A stretch of 43,189 nucleotides of DNA. Source: a virus (Duplodnaviria; Caudoviricetes). Position 1 is the first letter of the stretch. Every line of letters begins with the position of its first letter. Shown here piece by piece: positions 33,159 to 42,083 of this stretch. The notes beneath the pieces were generated by a model. That model ran no database searches and had not been told where the DNA came from. It worked only from the letters and a program-made list of their open reading frames with translations. The stretch is taken from the IMG/VR virus record IMGVR_UViG_3300036793_000087, positions 1-43,189 of that record; one strand, written 5' to 3'. The position numbers and the translations under genes were made by a program.

Positions 33159-35527
33159 CAGTAGGCCAATCTGGTCGTCGAATCGAGCTGGCTGTGGGTT
33201 GCGGAGTCGAGCTGCCAGACGCCCGTCAGCCCGACCGGGGAGCAGTTCGCCATCCACTTCCAGCCGGTGTCGCTGATGGTTTCCGCCCAGCCCTCGATGA
33301 ACATGTCGATCGAGGATGCCGGCGCGGTGCCGGGCAGGGCTTGCAGCGTGATCACACTGCCGACCTCGAGCGCCAGGACCGCCAACAGGAGGGCTGAGTT
33401 GGTGAGCAGGTCCAGGGTGAGGTTGGGCAAGCGGGCCACGACCTGGGCGGTCTGGTTCGCCTTCCAGTTCGCCGCGTCGATGAGCTCGACGTCGGTGTTG
33501 ATCATCAGGGTCGGTGAGATGGCGGCGGTGCCGTTGTCGTCGATCGAGGGCTGGTTGATCGCGCGGAACGTGATGCCGCCCGGTCGGTTGGCCGTGACGT
33601 CGTTGATCAGATACGCGTCGTTGGCGGCGAACTTCGCATCGGCAGCGATGTCGTTCTCACCGAGGGTGAGAACGCTGACCGCGTTGTAGCGCCTCGACCG
33701 CGAGTGGAAGGTGAGCCGGCCGTCACCGGCCATGAACAGAACGCCGCCCTCGGTGGTCTCCATGTCCTGCATCGCCGCGAGCGGGGACTGGCCGCTGATG
33801 ATCGCCGGCGACACCGACGTCGACAGCCCGACATCCAGCGCCTGCTCGGCGGTGGGTATGCCCACGTAGCGGGCGTAACGCGCGACGCGCTGGTCTGACC
33901 GCTCGCCCGAGAACGCCGTGAAGCCGGCCTGGGCGTGCACAGCGATGCGCGTGGCGCCCAGGTCCTTGGCGTACACGGCGACGTGGGAAATGGTGGCGTT
34001 GCAGACGCTGTGGCTCGAGCCGCCCACCGACAGTTTGTTGATGCCAGGAATGCCGCCGACCAGGCCCACGGTGTAGGTGCCCGTGACGTCCAGCGCACCG
34101 TTGATATAGAGCGAAACGGTGACCGTCGAGCCACTCTTGACCTGCGTGATCGCGACGTGGTGGGTGGCGCTATTGGCCAGGACGAACGTCGAGGTGATGA
34201 TGACCGATCCTGCGGCAGCCGCGGCCTGCAGATGCCCGGTCGCCGTGATCGACAGCTCGAGGAACAGATCGCCCTGTGTCACCTCACCGACGAGCACGTC
34301 CGAGGCGACGTTCGACGCGGTGGCCAGGAAGCACTCCATCGTGTTGGCCATATTGCCGAGGACGACGACGCCGGGGGTGACGTCCGCGAACAGGTATTGA
34401 CCGCTGGCGGAGCTGACGGGCGTGAACACGACGGCCGGCGCCGAGTCCATCGGCGGCCCGGTGCCCTGCCCGAAGTTGATGCTGCCGCCCAGTAGGGCGC
34501 CGAGCGCTATCGGTGTGAGGGTGTTGGCGCCGGTGCCGCTGATGTCGCCGGCCATGGTCGAGGTCGACGGCTCACCCAAGGTGTAATAGGCGCTCGGCTG
34601 GTCGAGCAGGATTTCCTCGGCCACAGCCGAGCGCAGCGGATCATTGTTGCCGAGCCGCTTGAACCGGTCGACAGACGTGATGGCGGCTTCGGAGTAGTCG
34701 CCACCGTCGGGCCACTCGGTGGGGAACTCGTCGATGTAGCCGGTGTGCCGGTAGTAGATCGGCGGCGGGTTGGTGCTGAACGGCGCCGGTGTCGAGCCCT
34801 CCTCGAGCAGGTTGTCATCCACCCAGCACTGCTGCCCAGCGCTCGGTGCGGTGTTTGGCTTGAGCTGCACGAACGCGATCGGCGAGATCGCGACGAACGT
34901 GACGACGATCTGCGCCGGCGCGTTCTTGGTGGCCGTCGGCGTACCGGTCGCCAGTGTTATCGCGCCGCCTCCGTCGAGAACGCTGAGCAGGACGTCAGGC
35001 GAAGCAGTCGGCACCCACACCCAGCTGTAGGCGGTATACGTGCGGCCGACGACGAGACCCGTGAATCGCACGGGGTTGGCGAACTGGTTGGCCGCCGTCG
35101 CCCAGGTGATCAGCAGGCCCTTGGTACCCGAATGCGGATGCGTGGCGGAGTTGGCGATCGACTGGAATGTGCCGGCCCACGTCCCGGTCGTGCCGCCCTC
35201 GAAGGTCGCATCCTCGACCGAGTAGAAATTCCCCGTGACCCCACGCGGACGGAAGGTCACGCGCAGCTTCTTGCGGATCTTCACGTTGGGGTAGTAGGGC
35301 GACAGCGTGTAGCCGACGGTGTAGGCCCCCCTGGTGTTGTCCAGGGTCAGCTTGCACATGCCGGTCTGGGCCTTGGAGTATTCGTCGCCGCGGCCGTGCG
35401 TGATGTTGATGCCCGCCGGCGCGTTGACGTCGTCGCTGATGTCGATGAAGGCCGGGTTCGGGTCGTCGGGCTTGGTGGGGAACGCGATCTCTACCCGGAT
35501 GTCGCCGAGGTCTGGGTCGAGCTTCAT
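33158..35527 (-). CDS. Minor tail protein with carbohydrate-binding and LamG-like domains (789 aa)
   Basis: ATFEGGTTGTW..HSGTKGL..WVDD CBM-like block and HHVAIT..LYING..ISHVAVY LamG-like block. Follows the tape measure gene. Confidence 0.82.
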   Translation of the reverse strand: MKLDPDLGDIRVEIAFPTKPDDPNPAFIDISDDVNAPAGINITHGRGDEYSKAQTGMCKLTLDNTRGAYTVGYTLSPYYPNVKIRKKLRVTFRPRGVTGNFYSVEDATFEGGTTGTWAGTFQSIANSATHPHSGTKGLLITWATAANQFANPVRFTGLVVGRTYTAYSWVWVPTASPDVLLSVLDGGGAITLATGTPTATKNAPAQIVVTFVAISPIAFVQLKPNTAPSAGQQCWVDDNLLEEGSTPAPFSTNPPPIYYRHTGYIDEFPTEWPDGGDYSEAAITSVDRFKRLGNNDPLRSAVAEEILLDQPSAYYTLGEPSTSTMAGDISGTGANTLTPIALGALLGGSINFGQGTGPPMDSAPAVVFTPVSSASGQYLFADVTPGVVVLGNMANTMECFLATASNVASDVLVGEVTQGDLFLELSITATGHLQAAAAAGSVIITSTFVLANSATHHVAITQVKSGSTVTVSLYINGALDVTGTYTVGLVGGIPGINKLSVGGSSHSVCNATISHVAVYAKDLGATRIAVHAQAGFTAFSGERSDQRVARYARYVGIPTAEQALDVGLSTSVSPAIISGQSPLAAMQDMETTEGGVLFMAGDGRLTFHSRSRRYNAVSVLTLGENDIAADAKFAANDAYLINDVTANRPGGITFRAINQPSIDDNGTAAISPTLMINTDVELIDAANWKANQTAQVVARLPNLTLDLLTNSALLLAVLALEVGSVITLQALPGTAPASSIDMFIEGWAETISDTGWKWMANCSPVGLTGVWQLDSATHSQLDSTTRLAY

Positions 35528-37812
35528 CCGTCGATCAGCTCGAGGCGGCCGCCCTGTTGCCGCTTGAGCGTCAGCAGGGACTTGTGCACGGTGTGCCCGT
35601 CGAGCTGGTGAATGATCGTGAAGTGCGCGACGTCGCCGCTCGCTGTGCTGCCAGCTGATCCGCCGGAGCCGCCGTAGTGGCCGAGCTGGGCGTTGGAGAT
35701 CACCTTCACCATCGAGCCGTGCTTCTCCAGCAGCTCGATGCCGCTCTCACCGACCGGCGTGATCCCGTCGAACACCGGGCCGCCGCCTGCGCGGCCGGCG
35801 TTGACACCGGCGGAGCCTGCCGCGAGCTTGGCGTTGCCGGTCTGGACGTTCAGCTGCAGCATCGTCTGGTAGTAGTGCGGGATCGCGTTGATCGTCTTGT
35901 AGTAATCCGCGAGTTTGGACATCGCGTCGTAGTTGTCGACGGTGATCTTCGTGCCCTTGAGCTGCGGAATCTTCTTGATGTTGCTGGCCAGGGTTGCGAC
36001 CTGTGTGGCGCTGGCCCCGACGCCCTTGGTCATGTTGTCCGCTTCTGTCTTGGACGCAGCAAGCTGACCCTGCAACGTCGGCAGAGTGCGCACCAAGGCG
36101 AGGGCAGCCGAGTTGGCGTTCTTCTGCGCGGTCGTGGCATGACCGGTGGACGTGACCCACGAGTTGGTCGCCGAGTCCCACGTCTTGGTCGTCTTCGTCG
36201 CGTTGTCGTAGGCGGTGATGGCTGCGTTGACCTTCTGCCGCACCGTTTCCAGCGCGGCGCCTCCGGTCTGGAAGGCGTCGGTCAACTGTGCCTGCCCCAC
36301 ACCGAGCGTCAGAGCGTCGTTGTACGCGTTGGCATCCGACAAGTGTTTGGCGATCGCCGTGCGGGTGTTCACCCCCATGGCGTCGCTGTCGGCCTGGATG
36401 GCGGCTGTCAGATCCTCGACGGGCTTGACCTGGGTCTTGGCGTTATCGCCGAACAGGTGGAAGTGCTGCGCGGCCAGCAGTAGACCGCCGCCGATGACAC
36501 CGACGGCAATGCCGATCGGCCCGAGCGCCAGGCTTGAAGCAGCGCCGGCTTCCCGGGCCGCTCCGATCTCCGTATCCGACGCGGTGACCGACGCAGCTGC
36601 GGCGGCCTCGGCTGCGGTGGCCGTCGTGCCGAGTGCGACTTCCTGCTCCGACGCCGAGGCGACTGTCGCCGCAGCCGTGAGCCGCTCCTGCTCGGCGACG
36701 GCCTGAGCGGCCGCCTTGACCTTCTCGGCGTGCCCCCGATACAGGTCCAGGGCCATGCCGGCGGCCATCAGCATCGGGCCGGTGGCGGTCAGCGCCGGGC
36801 CGAACTTCTGGCCGAACTCCGCCGTCCAGTCAGCCAGTTTGGTCTGCGCGACCTTGAGCTTGCCGCCCCAGTTGTCGACGGAGGCAGAGGCCTGGCCATC
36901 GAGGCGCTTGCCGAGCTGCCCGAGGGCGACGTCGGCGTTCTGCGTCGCAGTCTTGGACCCGTCCTGCGCTGTGGTGAGCTTCTCCGTCTTGGCCTTGAGG
37001 TTGTCCGAGGCGATGGTGACGGCGTTGCGTGCATCGCGCAGCTTGAGCTCGTCAGCGGTCGAGAGTTTCTTCTTGGTGCTGTCGATCGTCTCGAGGTCGG
37101 ACAGTTTCTTCTGCGCCGCCGCCAGGGTGGTGATCGCGGCCTGGTGCTGGGTCTCGGCTGTCTTGAGAGCAGCGGCCTGCTTTGTGGTCGAGTCGAGCGT
37201 GATGCCGTACTGCTTGAGCACCTTGCCCGCGCCGCCGTAGACCTTCGCGACCTGGCCCGCGGCCTCGGTCAGCGATTCGTGCTTCTGCGCCGCCAGGTTG
37301 GCGACCACGGTCATGTCCTCGAGGGCCTTCTTCGGGTCCTGCGTGGCCAGCGTCAGAGCCGCGAGTGCGCCCTTGGTGTCGGCCGCGGAGTGACCGTAGT
37401 TCTCCTGAGATTTGACCGCTTCCTCGATCTTGTCCTTGTAGTCCGCGGCCGCGTTGCCGGTGTCGTCGATCGCCATGGTGAGCTGATCCTGGGCCTGCTT
37501 CTCCTTGGCGCCACCGAGAGTGAGGGCGGCGCCGATGCCGGTGAGCGCAGCACCTCCGGCGGCGAGCTTCTTGCCCATGTTCAGGCCGTGCTCGCCGGCG
37601 GCGTCGAAGCCCTCGCCGACTCTGTTCAGGATCTCGCCGAACTCGCCGCCGATCTGGCCGCCGATCTTGCCGAACGCGCCTCCGATCTTGGCGCCGACGC
37701 TCTCGGCATGTGCCGCGGACTTGCTGCCGGCCGAGTCCAGCTGGCCGAGCGCTCGTTGCCCGCCGGAGGAGTCACCGGAGATGACGACCTTGACCTCGCG
37801 CTTACCGGCCAT
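35524..37812 (-). CDS. Tape measure protein (762 aa)
   Basis: Ala-rich helical sequence, C-terminal RAGGGPV..VGESGIEL, follows the chaperone pair. Confidence 0.9.
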   Translation of the reverse strand: MAGKREVKVVISGDSSGGQRALGQLDSAGSKSAAHAESVGAKIGGAFGKIGGQIGGEFGEILNRVGEGFDAAGEHGLNMGKKLAAGGAALTGIGAALTLGGAKEKQAQDQLTMAIDDTGNAAADYKDKIEEAVKSQENYGHSAADTKGALAALTLATQDPKKALEDMTVVANLAAQKHESLTEAAGQVAKVYGGAGKVLKQYGITLDSTTKQAAALKTAETQHQAAITTLAAAQKKLSDLETIDSTKKKLSTADELKLRDARNAVTIASDNLKAKTEKLTTAQDGSKTATQNADVALGQLGKRLDGQASASVDNWGGKLKVAQTKLADWTAEFGQKFGPALTATGPMLMAAGMALDLYRGHAEKVKAAAQAVAEQERLTAAATVASASEQEVALGTTATAAEAAAAASVTASDTEIGAAREAGAASSLALGPIGIAVGVIGGGLLLAAQHFHLFGDNAKTQVKPVEDLTAAIQADSDAMGVNTRTAIAKHLSDANAYNDALTLGVGQAQLTDAFQTGGAALETVRQKVNAAITAYDNATKTTKTWDSATNSWVTSTGHATTAQKNANSAALALVRTLPTLQGQLAASKTEADNMTKGVGASATQVATLASNIKKIPQLKGTKITVDNYDAMSKLADYYKTINAIPHYYQTMLQLNVQTGNAKLAAGSAGVNAGRAGGGPVFDGITPVGESGIELLEKHGSMVKVISNAQLGHYGGSGGSAGSTASGDVAHFTIIHQLDGHTVHKSLLTLKRQQGGRLELIDG

Positions 37813-37815
37813 CGG

Positions 37816-37989
37816 TCACCTCCTCTGTCGCTGAGCGGCTTGCCTCTGAGCAGCACCGATCGCCGCTGCGGTGGTCAGGTACGTATCGAGCTCGCGGTAC
37901 GTCAGACGGTCGATGTGCCATGGATGAAGGCCGAAATGCATGGAGAGGGCGGGCAGCGTTTTGAGCAGTTCCCGCCTCATGCTTCCGGG
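37816..37989 (-). CDS. Tail assembly chaperone, -1 frame extension (gpT-like)
   Basis: -1 frame relative to the upstream ORF; FGLHPWHIDRLTYRE motif. Confidence 0.75.
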   Translation of the reverse strand, partial: PGSMRRELLKTLPALSMHFGLHPWHIDRLTYRELDTYLTTAAAIGAAQRQAAQRQRR

Positions 37990-38321
37990 GGCGTCACGTC
38001 CTTCGGGTCGACGAAGGAGTAGGTCGTCTCGTAGGTCATCACGGCTGCGACCGCGTCGTAGTCCAGGTCGGGCTCGCCGTAGATCCGGCGGGACAGCCAC
38101 ACGATCGCGGCGACGATGTCGACGTCCATGTCCTGCGTAGCGCGTTTGACCAGGCCGTTGTAGGTGTAGCCGAGCTGGTCGCGCATGGCGCGGACGTCGA
38201 GCGCGGTGAGGTCCTTGGCCGCGATGACGTACTGCGTGCCGTCGACCTCCATCGCGATCCGATGGCCCTGCTCGGCCTCTTCCTTGGCTTCTGCGCGTTT
38301 GCGTCCAGCTGTCGATGCCAC
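37977..38321 (-). CDS. Tail assembly chaperone (gpG-like, 114 aa)
   Basis: GTG after GAGAGG, IVWLSRR motif, ends in the slippery C CCG GAA. Confidence 0.78.
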   Translation of the reverse strand: MASTAGRKRAEAKEEAEQGHRIAMEVDGTQYVIAAKDLTALDVRAMRDQLGYTYNGLVKRATQDMDVDIVAAIVWLSRRIYGEPDLDYDAVAAVMTYETTYSFVDPKDVTPPEA

Positions 38322-38332
38322 GGTCGTACCTC

Positions 38333-38803
38333 TCAGTCGTGAAATACCTGGTTGAGGAGTTCGGTGATCTTCACGTCGTAGGCGTTGACGATGTCGTCGC
38401 CGGAGGCGCGCACGGTGGGGAACACGATGTAGCCGGAGCCCGGGCCGGCGCCGCGCCATTCGGGCAGCGCGTTGTAGCCCTTGTAAGTGCCGCTCTTGCG
38501 TTTGCGTTCGACGTCGTGGCCGGCGCCGAACTCGGCACCCATCGCCCACGGCACCGCCGACGTGGCGGTCATCTTCACCGACGCACCACGCTGCTCGGCG
38601 GCGGCCTTGATCGCGCTGGCCGCCTTCGCGGACTGTGGGCCTAGGCCGGCCGCGCGGCCGCGCGCCTTGTCGGCGACCAGCTGCGCGACGGACAGGTTGA
38701 CCTTGCGGAGCTCGCGCGGCAGTTTCGCGTCGAGCGCCCGCAGGTCGGCCTGCAGTTGTTTCAGGCCATCGATCTGGATGGCCTGCGTGCGGGAGGTGAC
38801 CAC
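38333..38803 (-). CDS. HK97 gp10-like tail component (156 aa)
   Basis: IQIDGLKQLQADLR..PWAMGAEFG..YIVFP pattern. Confidence 0.7.
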   Translation of the reverse strand: MVTSRTQAIQIDGLKQLQADLRALDAKLPRELRKVNLSVAQLVADKARGRAAGLGPQSAKAASAIKAAAEQRGASVKMTATSAVPWAMGAEFGAGHDVERKRKSGTYKGYNALPEWRGAGPGSGYIVFPTVRASGDDIVNAYDVKITELLNQVFHD

Positions 38804-40035
38804 TAGGGCGTGGAGTCGGCCGTCACGTAGGCGATGGTCAGCGCGTCGTTCGTGCCGCCGGCGGTGTTGAGCAGCTTGCCGGCGATCGGAAGGGGCAGCA
38901 GATCCGGGCCGGCCACGACGGGGGAGTCGGAGTCGACGCGGGCGGCGTTGGTGCCCGAAATGAATGTCATCGACGCGAAGGATGCCGCGCCGACCAGGCT
39001 CGGCCCTACGAACGAGGCGACGAAGGTCGCGAGCGCACCCACCCGGTTGACCGAGGCGAATCGCGAGTACTGCAGCATGTCGGTGAACTCCGCCATGACG
39101 GTCCAGTCGAAGATGCGCATCGGGCCCTCGGCCGGCTCACGCTGCAGCGTGTTGGCCCGGATGAAACGCCGATCGGCCTTGTAGCCCATCGTGCACTTGA
39201 GGGTGAAGTCGGAGACGTCGACAGCGACACCGCCGATGCTGATCGTCCCGCCGGCGTAGGTGAGCAGCTCGCTGTTGGTCGGATAGGACGCCGCGGCCAG
39301 CACCACGCTGGTCTGCTCGTCCTGCGCGTCCAGAGTGAGCGTCAGCAGCAGGATGCCATCGAGCGCGCAGGAGAACGTCCAGTCGATGATCTTGACACCG
39401 GGGTAGGTGAACGGCGACACGACCTGGGACTGGGTGAAGGGCTTGCCGACCTGGGCCAGCAGCGACTTGCCGACCATCGCGCCGATCGTCGCGGTGTGCG
39501 TGAACACCGAGTCGGTCGGCCCGGTGGTGGCGATGTTGCCCATCAGGTGCTTGAGGATGCGACCGAACTGCTTGGTCTGCACCTCGAGCACGATCGGGCC
39601 GGTCGCGCCGGTCCGGTTGATCGCCCACTTGTCGGCCTTCTGGACGCGGTTGTTGGCGCGCAGGCCAGCGGACTCGATGCGAGGGCTGGTGAGCTTCATG
39701 CCCTCGCTGACCATGTCGTAGAAGCGGTCCACTGTTCCGCCGCGGCCGTAGATGCTGGCCACGTAGGTGCCCTGCACCGTGGAGTTGCCCAGGCTGGTGA
39801 GCGTGACCACGGTCGCGGTTGTCGTCGTCGGGACCTGGTAGATCGTCCACGTCGCGTTGTAGCCCGACGGGGTGAAACCGGTGAGAGTGATCGTGTCACC
39901 GGGCTGCAGCCCGTGCGCGGACGCGAAGGTCAGCGTGAATATGATCGGCGGTCCGGCCGACGCGATCGCGGTGGATATCGCAGGCGTGGTCTGCGTCTCT
40001 TCGCAGAAGCCGAGTTGCGAGAGAATACCGGACAT
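38803..40035 (-). CDS. Major tail (tube) protein (410 aa)
   Basis: SQLGFCEE..YG..VDRF..SE.M, IESAGLR, HT.T.G and FTYPG.KI motifs; position in the tail module. Confidence 0.82.
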   Translation of the reverse strand: MSGILSQLGFCEETQTTPAISTAIASAGPPIIFTLTFASAHGLQPGDTITLTGFTPSGYNATWTIYQVPTTTTATVVTLTSLGNSTVQGTYVASIYGRGGTVDRFYDMVSEGMKLTSPRIESAGLRANNRVQKADKWAINRTGATGPIVLEVQTKQFGRILKHLMGNIATTGPTDSVFTHTATIGAMVGKSLLAQVGKPFTQSQVVSPFTYPGVKIIDWTFSCALDGILLLTLTLDAQDEQTSVVLAAASYPTNSELLTYAGGTISIGGVAVDVSDFTLKCTMGYKADRRFIRANTLQREPAEGPMRIFDWTVMAEFTDMLQYSRFASVNRVGALATFVASFVGPSLVGAASFASMTFISGTNAARVDSDSPVVAGPDLLPLPIAGKLLNTAGGTNDALTIAYVTADSTP

Positions 40036-40346
40036 TACTTGCTCTCCTCAGCGTCGGCCGACTTGGCGGCGTCCTTCGTTGGCTCGGTCTGCTTGGCTGC
40101 GGCCGATTTCTTGGGCGCGGCCTGCTTCGGCGCGGGGCGCTGCCAGTTCTCGATCTGTGCAAGCAACCCGAACCCGGGGTCGTAGCCCTCGGTCCAGCGC
40201 TCGCCGGACGGCGCCTTGCCCGCGATCGCAGCGGGTACCTCGATCGGCTCACCCGGATACGCCAACTCGGCGACACCATCGATCTCGACCTCATCGTGGT
40301 TACCCACGTAGACAACCAACATGTAGAGCTCCTTAGTGGTGGGCAT
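40035..40346 (-). CDS. Hypothetical protein (103 aa)
   Basis: YVGNHDEV..GEPIEVP..GLLAQ..NW plus a Lys/Ala tail; coupled genes. Confidence 0.7.
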   Translation of the reverse strand: MPTTKELYMLVVYVGNHDEVEIDGVAELAYPGEPIEVPAAIAGKAPSGERWTEGYDPGFGLLAQIENWQRPAPKQAAPKKSAAAKQTEPTKDAAKSADAEESK

Positions 40347-40801
40347 CAGATGCGTGCCTTGATGTCGATCTGCGCGTCGATGTATGCCGTGTAGCCCTGG
40401 TCGCTGACGAACTCGAGGAACTGATTCCACGAGACCGTGAAGGACCAGACGCCCTTGGCGATGACAGTCGGGGTACGGAGCAGTGGGCGCAGCCCGACCG
40501 CGATCGCCGAGTACAGAGCGAAGGCCCGTTCGGTCGCTTCCTGCTGCGTATAGCCGGGCTTGGAAATGTGGATGGCGAACTTGAGGACGTACTCCTCTTG
40601 CATCTTCAGCTGGCCGTAGGGGGCGTACGCGGTGTTCTCCGGTCCGGAGTCGCCGATCCAGATGTGCTCGTTCTCCAGCTTCGCGATGCCGGGGTCGCCG
40701 TAGTCGACAGTCACGCCGGTGAGGTCCGGGAAGTTCTTGAAGATCTCGACCAGCTTGACCTTCGCCGCAGGCACGGTGGATACAGACGGCGAATCTGTCA
40801 T
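40346..40801 (-). CDS. Putative tail terminator (151 aa)
   Basis: Position between adaptor and tube; STVPAAK..EEY..ATERAF pattern. Confidence 0.65.
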   Translation of the reverse strand: MTDSPSVSTVPAAKVKLVEIFKNFPDLTGVTVDYGDPGIAKLENEHIWIGDSGPENTAYAPYGQLKMQEEYVLKFAIHISKPGYTQQEATERAFALYSAIAVGLRPLLRTPTVIAKGVWSFTVSWNQFLEFVSDQGYTAYIDAQIDIKARI

Positions 40802-41760
40802 CGGACTCCGCCGTGGAACACCGAGTACCGCTGCGGGTCCAGGTTCAGCGGCCGCGAGGCGGCCCTCATGCCGGCGCTGCCGCGCTCGCGGAACGAGTAG
40901 CGGTCATACGCTGCGTCCACGTCCGGGATGCCGGTGGAGAAGGCATCAGCCGTTGCGAGCTTGTACGACTGTCCGTTGTCGGCGGTGAACGTCGTGGCCC
41001 GCTCGTTGACGCCGGACTTCTCGAAGTTCAGCCGCGATCGCAGGCGGGTCAGCGCGGCGCGGCGCACGTCGGCCGGCGGCTGGTCCCAGCCGTGCTCGTA
41101 TTCGATGACGATGTTGCCGCGGCCCTCGTCGAAGAATCCGAAGTCGGTGCGGTGCAGCATGCCGTCGGGGTCCCACCGCAGCCCCGCCAGTTGTGCGGCG
41201 GTGAGCGTGAGGAACTGCGTGCCGCCCGGTACTGGGTAGATCTTCACCGAGCGGACGGTGCGGATCATGTTCGCGCCCAGGATGATCTCCGGTGTGGCGA
41301 GACCGTCGAGGATCTCGCGCCGATACCGCGGCACGAACGCCACGTCACAGATCCGCTCCGCTTCCTCCTCGACCTCCTGGCGGGTGGCGAGCAGCAGCGC
41401 ATCGGGGTACTTCGACGAGTTGGCGATGAGTGTGTCGTTGGACGCCCGCGCGTCGGCGAGGTTGAAGTAGTAGCCGCCGACGATCTCGTGCTTCGTGGTG
41501 ACGGTGCGCGCGTTGGGGCCGGCGTCGGTCCATACCGCGGTGAGCAGGTTGAGGGCTGCAGTATTCGCCGCGGTCAGCGGCACGGTGTAGACACCCGTGC
41601 TCGGTGAGCTCGTCGCGGTGCCCGCTGCTATCACCGACGTCCCATCGGCCTGTGTGACGGCCACAGTCAGCGCTCCGGACGCCGCCACCGGAGTGCCGTC
41701 CTGGTCCTCGAGCGTCATCGTCAGCACCGCAGGGGTGCCCTGCAAGACTCGTTGCTGCAC
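40798..41760 (-). CDS. Head-to-tail adaptor with an extra N-terminal Ig-like domain (320 aa)
   Basis: EAERICDVAFVPR, NIVIEYEHGW..PPADV and TGIPDVDA..RY motifs, plus a beta-rich N-terminal ~95 aa. Confidence 0.78.
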   Translation of the reverse strand: MQQRVLQGTPAVLTMTLEDQDGTPVAASGALTVAVTQADGTSVIAAGTATSSPSTGVYTVPLTAANTAALNLLTAVWTDAGPNARTVTTKHEIVGGYYFNLADARASNDTLIANSSKYPDALLLATRQEVEEEAERICDVAFVPRYRREILDGLATPEIILGANMIRTVRSVKIYPVPGGTQFLTLTAAQLAGLRWDPDGMLHRTDFGFFDEGRGNIVIEYEHGWDQPPADVRRAALTRLRSRLNFEKSGVNERATTFTADNGQSYKLATADAFSTGIPDVDAAYDRYSFRERGSAGMRAASRPLNLDPQRYSVFHGGVR

Positions 41761-41770
41761 GACAGCCTCC

Positions 41771-42073
41771 TTACGGTTGGATGGTGAGAGTGCCGGCGGC
41801 GCGCTTCACACCGTTGCCGAGGCTGATCCAGATCTCATAGGTGCCAGGGGTCAGGGTCGCGGTGCCGGTCGGGCCGACTGAACACTTGGCGTAGTACGCG
41901 GGCCCGGGCCACGTCTCCCACGTCGCCGCGAAGTACGTCACGGTGCCCGCTGCCGGTGCGAATCCCATCTGCACCGCGTTGCCGGTCGGATCGGTGGGCA
42001 CACCGTTGGTCAGAGTGGAGACGGGGACGAGGACCGGTTCGGTGTCGGTGACGGACATGCTCACATCGGTCAC
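41771..42073 (-). CDS. Small beta-rich virion protein (100 aa)
   Basis: GAGGAG RBS, DPTG..V.M.F..VGP..LTPGTYEIW pattern. Confidence 0.7.
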   Translation of the reverse strand: MTDVSMSVTDTEPVLVPVSTLTNGVPTDPTGNAVQMGFAPAAGTVTYFAATWETWPGPAYYAKCSVGPTGTATLTPGTYEIWISLGNGVKRAAGTLTIQP

Positions 42074-42083
42074 GAGCTGCTCC

